Virus record (IMG/VR): IMGVR_UViG_3300009431_000003 | DNA length: 64,000 bases | Source of the DNA: a virus | Direction: 5' to 3' (one strand) | Shown: positions 9,332 to 17,300 of the stretch, one piece after another | Layout: every line of letters starts with the position of its first letter | Numbering within the stretch: position 1 is the first letter of the stretch | Notes under the pieces: model-generated | Database searches by the model: none | The model's input: the letters and a program-made list of their open reading frames with translations, nothing else | Told to the model about the DNA's origin: nothing | Made by a program: the position numbers and the translations under genes

Positions 9332-10193
9332 GTATGGTTTAGCTACCTGGCGTTATGTGATAAACCAAAACCACCGAGCAATTTTGGAAAAGTTTGAGAT
9401 TGCTCAATCAGTAGTCGCACAGTTAGATAAAAAATTACCCCCACCAATCGAAGATGAGTATACAAAACAGAAAAAAGCAGGCGTGGCTCGACGGTCGGGC
9501 GGGAACATTAAACCTTCTTCAATTTCTTCTACTTGTTTACGTAAGATTGCTTATGAATATGAAGGTAAAGAGAAAAAGCAGCGAAAGATTACAGCAAAAG
9601 ATCAAATAATCCTTGGTATAGGCGGTTTTTGTCATAATCATTTAGTACAGCCGGCGCTTCAAGAAGTATATCGACATAATTGTATAGTTGAGGCTCCAGT
9701 TACTATATCTGCAGAAAAATATCTGGGTCCCGATACTGTAGACCCTCAAGAAATATTAACCTTTGGGTATTGCGATGGTTTGGTACATATCTATTACGAT
9801 ACCGTTTCCAGACTACAAATAGGTGTAGAAATCAAATCAATTAAGTCCGGAAAGACACAATACGAAAAAGTTATAGATAAAGGCCCTCCTGATTATCATA
9901 TTGATCAGGTCAACTGCTATATGCTTGGACTCAACCTTGATTATATGTGCTTTCTCTATGTCCAGAAAAATGATGCATTTATTACTCCAGTATACGTTCC
10001 TCCGGACCTTGATTCTCTGAATAGAATTAGGAACAAAATTGATACAGTAAGGTCACTAGTCAAACAAGGACAGTTGCCGGAGCCGAAACCCGGTAAATTT
10101 ACATGTCAATTGTGCGATTATAAGCATGTCTGCCCGAACCCTTTCCATTTTAGGAAACCAAGTAACAAACTATCGAAAATATCATTTGAATAG
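9303..10193 (+). CDS. Cas4/AddB-like PD-(D/E)XK exonuclease with 4Fe-4S cysteines
   Basis: SSISSTC, GYCDG, VEIKS, QVNCYM and C-terminal C-x2-C-x5-C (CQLCDYKHVC). Confidence 0.85.
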   Translation: MAFPNSECLKYGLATWRYVINQNHRAILEKFEIAQSVVAQLDKKLPPPIEDEYTKQKKAGVARRSGGNIKPSSISSTCLRKIAYEYEGKEKKQRKITAKDQIILGIGGFCHNHLVQPALQEVYRHNCIVEAPVTISAEKYLGPDTVDPQEILTFGYCDGLVHIYYDTVSRLQIGVEIKSIKSGKTQYEKVIDKGPPDYHIDQVNCYMLGLNLDYMCFLYVQKNDAFITPVYVPPDLDSLNRIRNKIDTVRSLVKQGQLPEPKPGKFTCQLCDYKHVCPNPFHFRKPSNKLSKISFE

Positions 10194-10202
10194 GAGATTG
10201 AA

Positions 10203-10847
10203 ATGAGCGGAAAGCTTAAAGACAAAGACGTACCAAAGACATCCGTTCCAGCATATACAGATTACTCAAAAATATTAGCTGCCGTTAATGCACGGGTCAA
10301 ACAAATCAGCGAAGCGGCAGTTCGCGAGGTCGCGAATTATAGAATATTCTATAGTACAGCAATTATCACGGACCCAGATACTGGGAAGCCTTGGAATGGT
10401 GAATATCCGGAAGACCTGCACAGACTTACTCTACAAGGTCTGGGTAAATATCTTACTATGTCCTCCAGTGAGATGATACGACTCTCTGAAATTGACTTAT
10501 CCCTTTCTACAGAAATAAAGAAGAGAGATTTTAGTACCGACTTTCTGGAAAGCAATCTTGTTATTGATACAAAAGGACCAAATGCAGAACATCGTAAAAA
10601 GAAAGCGGAAATCCACCCCCAATTGTTGGAAGAGCGAGCCTCCCTCCTTTATTATTTAATTCAGCGAGACTACGCCCGTTGGGGGCACAAAGTACATGAG
10701 CTCAAAAATAAGACAATTTCTCGGCTCATATCGATAAAGGAACTTGAACAAAAGACTCTGGAGACCGGGGCGGCAAAGCTGGTAGAAGCTCAGCCCTACA
10801 GGTCCCCATTAACACGAACATATCCAAGATTTACTCAAAATGACTAA
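10203..10847 (+). CDS. Helical hypothetical protein, possible UvsY-like recombination mediator
   Basis: Long amphipathic helices and position in the recombination cluster; function inferred only. Confidence 0.35.
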   Translation: MSGKLKDKDVPKTSVPAYTDYSKILAAVNARVKQISEAAVREVANYRIFYSTAIITDPDTGKPWNGEYPEDLHRLTLQGLGKYLTMSSSEMIRLSEIDLSLSTEIKKRDFSTDFLESNLVIDTKGPNAEHRKKKAEIHPQLLEERASLLYYLIQRDYARWGHKVHELKNKTISRLISIKELEQKTLETGAAKLVEAQPYRSPLTRTYPRFTQND

Positions 10848-11466
10848 TAAACCAAAAGACGTTACCAAACCAAAGAGGAAGAAAGCAAAGACACAAACTT
10901 ATGAAGAGTTTGACTTTCGCAGCTCATATTCTTCTGCTTCAACATATGCAATAGAGATTAGGACTCTACCGCCCTCCACTAATGCTCTTTATCAGTGGGT
11001 ACCTCTTGGCAAGTCTAAAAGATGGACACAAATTTTAACACCAAGTGCTCGAAATTGGAAAATTGCATTCAACAGCGCCTTTTCTAAATCTTTTGGGCCT
11101 TTCTTGCATAAGATAACTACATTAGATGAGTCTGTATTATTTAAAAGTCAAACTGTTATATTTGGTCCTTTTGTTATCAACAAAGGTTTCCCTAATAAAG
11201 CAGCGTCTTTGGTTAAGACAATGGACTTGGATAATAGACTAAAGTTTATCCAGGATTGTTTTACTAAAGCCCTTGGGATAAATGATTCAAAAATATTTTC
11301 GATGAAGGCAAATAAATTATATATGCCGGATATTATGGGGGCTACTGTACTTCTCTCTATCTCCGACCAACACTTTGGCATACCCAAAAAACTATTAAAA
11401 GAAGCAGCCAAGCAGCAGATTGTTTTATTGAAAGAACCTGCTGTTCCAGACAAAAGGGGGCTGTAA
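10840..11466 (+). CDS. rusA: RusA-like Holliday junction resolvase
   Basis: PPSTNALY, DLDNRLKFIQD and GINDSKI match the RusA D-x-D-N-x2-K-x3-D...D pattern. Confidence 0.8.
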   Translation: MTNKPKDVTKPKRKKAKTQTYEEFDFRSSYSSASTYAIEIRTLPPSTNALYQWVPLGKSKRWTQILTPSARNWKIAFNSAFSKSFGPFLHKITTLDESVLFKSQTVIFGPFVINKGFPNKAASLVKTMDLDNRLKFIQDCFTKALGINDSKIFSMKANKLYMPDIMGATVLLSISDQHFGIPKKLLKEAAKQQIVLLKEPAVPDKRGL

Positions 11467-11852
11467 TGGCTTTTCAACAATATTTAGAACGAATGAGTAA
11501 GACAGAAATAATTTCTATACTGGCTGAACGAGAATTGAGTATATTACCCTCAATAGAAAAGAGCCGACTTGTAGAACTTATGCTAGGTGACATACCGGAA
11601 AATAAAGAACTGAGCCCCACTCGTTTTCTTAGTTCTGAAATTAGAATAAAGCTTGATGAGCATTGGCAGTCTTTACAGCTCCAGCTTATCGAAACTTGTA
11701 AAGGCCGTTGTAGGAAGGAGGAGCGGTATAAATGCCCAGATATCCTGACAGTAATATGTCACAGTCGAATGGCGGCAATGAAAATACCAAAACGCAAAAC
11801 ATCCAGAAGTTTGAAGAAGTACAGAAGTCCTTCATACAAAAAGCCTGTATGA
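11466..11852 (+). CDS. Hypothetical protein with N-terminal HeH/Rho-N-like helices and a Cys/His cluster
   Basis: LERMSKTEIISIL...KSRLVELM; C-x3-C-x6-C-x7-C-H; TAATG overlap with rusA. Confidence 0.65.
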   Translation: MAFQQYLERMSKTEIISILAERELSILPSIEKSRLVELMLGDIPENKELSPTRFLSSEIRIKLDEHWQSLQLQLIETCKGRCRKEERYKCPDILTVICHSRMAAMKIPKRKTSRSLKKYRSPSYKKPV

Positions 11853-12091
11853 CTTGTGTAAAAGTCTACAAGTGCCAGGAAGCAGAGACCCACGAGAGGA
11901 CTCTTAATGTCCATATCTGCAAACGCTTTATACTTGATAAAGAGCCTGTTGCTCTTGCAAACATACAAGCTGTACGTTTAATGGGGCACGTTGGTATGTT
12001 AGCTTTACTCAATAAAGAAAATATGCCCTATAATGAAAGAAGCTTACAAATACTGTCGGCGCGAGTACTCAAAAAGCGACGACACAAATAA
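11849..12091 (+). CDS. Hypothetical protein
   Basis: ATG at 11849 overlaps the upstream TGA; in frame with the 11732..12091 ORF. Confidence 0.65.
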   Translation: MTCVKVYKCQEAETHERTLNVHICKRFILDKEPVALANIQAVRLMGHVGMLALLNKENMPYNERSLQILSARVLKKRRHK

Positions 12092-12115
12092 TAATAATAA
12101 TAATAATAATAATAA
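12089..12115 (+). repeat. (TAA)9 trinucleotide tandem repeat
   Basis: Nine consecutive TAA triplets; the first is the stop codon of the upstream ORF. Confidence 0.97.
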
Positions 12116-12128
12116 GAAAGGAACTCTT

Positions 12129-13028
12129 ATGGACAATTCTTCAAAAGACCTGTACAGATCTGTGTATCTAAAACTCAGCGAATTTGTTGAAAAAGAAATG
12201 TTGGGAACTCTTCGTGCAAAAGCAGGAGAGACTGGAATTGATATCAATGAGATTGTTACGTTCAACTGTGAGCAGGTTAAGGACCATATTCTTAATCATT
12301 TGTTTGGTACCAAAGCCTCGCCAGAGACCGCGACAGTAACAAAAGCACCAGAAACGCTTCCTCCTATGATGGGAGAACAAAAAGCACAAACACCGGCCCA
12401 GAACTTACAAGGAGAAACACAACAAATGGTACAGAACCCAACACAAGGCAATCCTACTGGCATCTCTCAACAACAGCAGCAACCTCAAGGCGCCCAAACA
12501 CCCTTTGTGCCTCCTGCCCCAACACAGCAGCAACAAGCCCCAACACAGCAGCAACAAGCCCCTCCACAAACATTCCAACCTCCCGGGCCTTCTGCTCCAG
12601 TACAGCAACCAGGTGTTGGAATTGGAACAGGAAACTTGGCCCAAGCACCTCAACCAGGAGCAATTGGGGCACCTATCCCCCCAACAGCTCCAGTAACCAC
12701 CCCACAAACCGCAATACCTCAACAACTTGCACCTCCTCCTACCGGTGGGGCTCAAGCCATGCAACAAGCAGCCTCTCCCGATACCTTAACACAGATACTC
12801 TCAAAACTGGAGGATCTGGAAGGCAAAATCGACAGGTTCGGAGAAGGCATGAATCTTTTTGGGGAACGCCTCTCAGAAGAACATACAATGATCGCTCATC
12901 TCTTCCGGGAAACTATGCTGCCGGACGCAATGAGCATTAAGGACATTACAAAGTACTATCCACAATTAAATGCCGCGGGGGAGTTCAGCGCCCTGTCGTA
13001 TGCCAAACAAAGACAAACTCAGAGTTAG
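12129..13028 (+). CDS. Protein with N-terminal helical domain, long Gln/Pro/Thr/Ala-rich disordered linker and C-terminal coiled coil
   Basis: Start set at ATG 12129 behind AAGGA; the ORF-track extension only reads through the AAT repeat as poly-Asn; coiled coil LTQILSKLEDLEGKIDRF. Confidence 0.8.
   Translation: MDNSSKDLYRSVYLKLSEFVEKEMLGTLRAKAGETGIDINEIVTFNCEQVKDHILNHLFGTKASPETATVTKAPETLPPMMGEQKAQTPAQNLQGETQQMVQNPTQGNPTGISQQQQQPQGAQTPFVPPAPTQQQQAPTQQQQAPPQTFQPPGPSAPVQQPGVGIGTGNLAQAPQPGAIGAPIPPTAPVTTPQTAIPQQLAPPPTGGAQAMQQAASPDTLTQILSKLEDLEGKIDRFGEGMNLFGERLSEEHTMIAHLFRETMLPDAMSIKDITKYYPQLNAAGEFSALSYAKQRQTQS
12516..12562 (+). repeat. 21-bp tandem duplication encoding APTQQQQ x2
   Basis: GCCCCAACACAGCAGCAACAA at 12516 and 12537, followed by GCCCC. 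Confidence 0.95.
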
Positions 13029-13045
13029 TTCCCAAAGGAGTATTT

Positions 13046-13246
13046 ATCGGGAAGATATCTGTATACGCTCCAGATGAAACAACTCGATATGAGCTCGACA
13101 GGGCTCAAGCAGAAAAGTTAACAAAAGCAGAAATGCTTCAAATGGCCAATAACATTGGTTTATTGCCTAAAGAAGCTGCTTTTAATGGATTTACTGAAGA
13201 CAAGTTACGAAAGGTAGTTTTAGAAACGGCAACGTCGTTTGAATAG
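13046..13246 (+). CDS. Small HeH/Rho-N-like protein absent from the ORF track, apparent ATC start
   Basis: AAGGAG (13035-13040), 5 nt spacer, ATC, then (M)GKISVYAPDETTRYELDRAQAEKLTKAEMLQMANNIGLL...KLRKVVLETATSFE; it fills the gap up to the terminator. Confidence 0.65.
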   Translation: MGKISVYAPDETTRYELDRAQAEKLTKAEMLQMANNIGLLPKEAAFNGFTEDKLRKVVLETATSFE

Positions 13247-13272
13247 AGGGCTTCGGTCCTCTATTTTTTTTT
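13243..13272 (+). terminator. Rho-independent terminator ending the replication operon
   Basis: ATAGAGGGC-TTCG-GTCCTCTAT stem (cUUCGg loop) followed by a T-tract to 13272. Confidence 0.92.
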
Positions 13273-14137
13273 ACCTCACAATCTTTTTCTTTCTAAGAAT
13301 TCCGTAGGCGATAATTGCAGCAGGTAAGGTAAGGCCTGCGCTTCCATATGTAGCCAATGCAGCCCTAAGGGTCTTTTTCGCAGTGGCTTTCTCTTTATCA
13401 GTTAGGGGGGTATCTTCTAACAGCTTCAGCCCTCGATGGCTTGCTTGTGCTTCTGAAAATATTAAAGGGAGCGCGGTAACTGCCCCAACAGCCCCTACAG
13501 AAATAGCTGCCTTAGGAGCTTTAAGTACGGCCAGAGGAGCCAGCCCTCCAGCACCAGCAAGTCTATTTGCTGCTCTGGTATTAATACGCACTAAAGAATC
13601 AACCAAAGTACCTTTTTCTTCAAGCTGGGTTGCGTGCCCGAGCTCGTGTGCTAATATTCCTGGGGAGTTTTTAAGAATAGAATCACCACCTACAACGATA
13701 CCTGCTTTAAGAGAATCAGCAGTAATGCCGGACTTTCCCGGAAGCATTTCTCGGACCTTCTTTATTGTATCCTTTACATTAGTTTTATCTGTCTTTAGAA
13801 AAAAAGCGTTGTTAAAAGGAGAATGAAATAACTTTTTGTATTTCATTTTACGTTTTACAGTTTTACCTTGTTCTTCCGGAACTACTCCAGTTCCTAAAAT
13901 GGCCTCCGTTAATAGTGCTCGTGGCGTCTTTACTACCGCCCCTGTATATACTTTAACTCCTCGACCTTTGGCAAACTCCTCCAATTTTGCTATCGCTGTT
14001 TCCTTAGTTTTTGTAGGTTCTCCATTATCAAGAGTTTTTTGCATAGTAGACACGGCGGCACTATTAAGCACCCGTTGAGCAAGTACTCCAGCCAACACAG
14101 CATCCTCAGATGAAAATTTAGGACCTGTCTGTGTCAC
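13271..14137 (-). CDS. Membrane-associated neutral zinc metallopeptidase (YugP/Zn_peptidase_2-like)
   Basis: LAHELGHA zincin motif, downstream E-x2-AS-x-RG...L..A..TY pattern and hydrophobic segments. Confidence 0.75.
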   Translation of the reverse strand: MTQTGPKFSSEDAVLAGVLAQRVLNSAAVSTMQKTLDNGEPTKTKETAIAKLEEFAKGRGVKVYTGAVVKTPRALLTEAILGTGVVPEEQGKTVKRKMKYKKLFHSPFNNAFFLKTDKTNVKDTIKKVREMLPGKSGITADSLKAGIVVGGDSILKNSPGILAHELGHATQLEEKGTLVDSLVRINTRAANRLAGAGGLAPLAVLKAPKAAISVGAVGAVTALPLIFSEAQASHRGLKLLEDTPLTDKEKATAKKTLRAALATYGSAGLTLPAAIIAYGILRKKKIVR

Positions 14138-14366
14138 CTTTTATATTCCCCTTTATTCCGAGATACTTCCCAATAAGATACTGACTTCCCATTAAACTAA
14201 CATATGCTGTTAGAAGCTCCCAGGACAATTCAGTAAACCAGCAATGCTTCACCATTAAAACAGAAGCTATACAGTTGCCTATATTTTTCCATAAACGATT
14301 TGCCGAAGGAGTCCCATCAGGCCCAACATATAGTAGATTTTTTATAGTCTTGAATGCATTTTTCAT
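14118..14366 (-). CDS. Small membrane protein, holin-like
   Basis: 82 aa with two hydrophobic segments, near the end of the late operon, TAATG-coupled to the upstream gene. Confidence 0.5.
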   Translation of the reverse strand: MKNAFKTIKNLLYVGPDGTPSANRLWKNIGNCIASVLMVKHCWFTELSWELLTAYVSLMGSQYLIGKYLGIKGNIKGDTDRS

Positions 14367-17300
14367 TAGCTTGGATAATTCCTTAAAGGTATACGAGACC
14401 TCTTTGAATGAGATATCCCTGTTTGGTCATTTATATCTATACTTCCTGCAGTTAGGTTTGTTTCAGCTATTTCTCTAGTCCCTGCAGGATGCTGGCTTTT
14501 AAAATGAGACCATTTAACATGTGCTCCATATAGCTTAAATCGATGTGCCAAGCAATTGGATGAAGGACTCCCAGGAAGCTCTCCCGTACCCAAAGCCTCT
14601 CCGGTAATCAAAGTTCTTCTATCTTGGAGCTTTGTACCTACAGTAAGTTCCAGCCTCCCCTTAGCATTATCATTTATTAGACCACCACAAGTGACATCAA
14701 AAGCAAAGTCGGCAAAAGTAAAGAAATAATCTACTGCATCAATAGTTTCCTGATGAGAGCCGCGATACGTCCTAAAGCAATCGGAGACAAGTCGCTGCGC
14801 CGGAGATATTTCCGACAATGTTCCATTTTCAAAAAACGGAACAGGGTCCAGCTCTCGCAGATAGATAGAAGCACCTGTAGGTGCTGCTAAAATATATTGT
14901 CCACATATCTGGACAACAGAACCATGATATCTGGCTGCCTGCGTATAACCTAGCCCAAACCCTGCCTGGTCTGCATCATGATCATCTTTTGGTGCTGCAC
15001 TTCTTTTTACAAAACCACCAATGATCCCAAACTTACGGTAGAAATCCGGTGCAGATGAAAATCCCACAAAACCTTCTAAACCACAATAGACTCTAATGCT
15101 CTCGATTACAGCTCCTTGTGGAAGCTGTAATGGTAAAACCCAAGCATTAGAATAGGGTACCTTAGAATCAAACGCATCTACATCACAACGAAAGTGCTGT
15201 GACCAGAAAGGTCTCTGAATCGATCCATCCCTACAATACCATTCAGTTTGTTTATATGGGAAAGTTCCAGGATAGGGTACTGTCCAAATACTGCCTGGGG
15301 CATTATCAAACAAATACGTTATAGTCCCTGGCCCATAAGAGTCTTCTTTGAACCAGTCACTTAAAAACCCCTCTTTCTCAGCCGCGGAATGCCCAGTAGA
15401 AGGGGTACCTGTATTTATGTATATTCCTTCATATTTACTATATCGAGAGTACGCAGGCCCTTCAAGAATATCTTCCTGCCAACGCATCATACGGTGGAAT
15501 GCTGACTGAAAATCTGCAGCAGGATGCCACATTCTCATAGCCCCAAGGTCGTCTCCCTGGTCTCGGCCTACCAATATAGTGTCGGCTGATACCTCTTTCT
15601 CAATAATAGCCCTTCTTGCCGTAACTTCATCCCATTGCTTGGCTAAAAGCTGCCAATCTTCATAATGACTGTCGTAGTCACCTTCAACCCACCCAGGATG
15701 CTCCAGCTTAACCGCAATTTTTCCCTCAATTATCTTTACATCAGTAACAGCTAGCTCAGAAAACTCATTAGCGTCACTGTCGTTAGGATAAACTTTTATT
15801 ACCCGACCGACATCATTAACTGAAAACTGTAACCACTGCTCATACGCTCTTCTATATTCAGGATCATTCCACCAACCTCCCGGAACAACCTCATCATTGC
15901 TTCCCGGAATTAAATAGTACCAATTATACTCCTCTGCCCCCACGCCCAATTGCATCAAAACGGATTCTCGGATTCCCACTTTCCTAATTCTTATCTGAAT
16001 AGTTAGGCCCGGGTCCCATTCTTCATCATGGTTTATGTGCTCCGGATGTGGGAAGGAAGGAGCAAAAGTTAAAGTACAATAATCAACCCCGCCATCAGAA
16101 AAGAATGCAGCAGTTTCTATTACATGTCTTGTTGTATAACTGATTTGTCTTTCTGTATCTGTGTAAGCAATCTCTAAAAGATCTCCCCGCATGCGCGTAA
16201 TTGTCCCTGCAGAGTATGCCTCATTAAGCGTGTCTCCTGATATTCCTGCAGTATCCGGCCAAACCTTAAAGGTTATATCATTGTATCCGGCATAATGCAT
16301 AGAATCGAGGCCTGGATTACTTATAGGCGCCATCTCTATTAAAGAGTTTCTTACCGGGTTATTGCTGCGCCATTCGTATACAGTTTCAACTACAGGCCCC
16401 GGCTGATAAGAATAAATAGAATAATCCTTATTATCCCCAGGAATAACACCATTAAGAGAACCATGCGCAGGCCTTCCAAGAGAAAAGTTGTCACCAGCTA
16501 CAGGAGACAGCTCTCCAAGTACGCCCGTTCTGCTTAAGAACCTCCAAGTATATGGATATGTAGGGTCTGTCTCTGCGTAGGGTCCTCCTTGATCCCAAAG
16601 AGTAGAGTTTGCAAAGGGCTCGGTCATTAAATACCCGTCCCGCAATAATACGTCGCCGCGCAAAATATCTATTGCAGGAGCACGAAAGACAAGAGCGTCC
16701 GGGGCACGATAACCATAGATACCTGCAGAATCTGATTCTTCCATTTCTCGATAAGACCAGGAAACTCTATAATCTCCAACCACACCATCCATATCTACAT
16801 TGTGATATAGCTTCATTAGGTCTATTTGTGGGTATAAAGCATCAAACTCTCCACCATTAAAAGTAGTCTGATGGTTTATAATTACGGTACCTGTGGAAGG
16901 GACCAGTGGAACATAGCCCCCCTCCCATCCAGGTATACGTATAACGGTTTTTAGTATATCGTCTTTTTCTTCTTTCCCGCCCACAACAGAAAAATAAGGA
17001 GAAGCTACTGTTGCAAACACAGCAGCAGGATCTTCCCATTGATGATCAAAAGAATATTCTTCATGTACATTTGGTGAAGGCACAGAAAGTCCTAATACTC
17101 CCGTACCGCTTTGAGATATTGTCATTAAGTTTCGAGGCAGAACAAAGAAGATAATCCCGGAACGGTCTGGTTTAAAAACCCCAGGATCGTTTGTATTAAA
17201 GGCATAGAGGCCTCTAACCTCCCTATCTGTCGTATCTGCGCTTCCCTGAACATAAGGAGCAACATCTGCCCAATCACCATCTACGTCCGAACCCGCCGCA

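Noticed and set aside
9303-10193. CRISPR-Cas system suggested by the Cas4-like gene
   Set aside because: No cas1/cas2, effector genes or repeat-spacer array seen in the window; the context is recombination
12033-12128. N-terminal poly-Asn extension of the 331 aa ORF
   Set aside because: It arises from the (TAA)9 repeat read in another frame; the RBS supports ATG 12129
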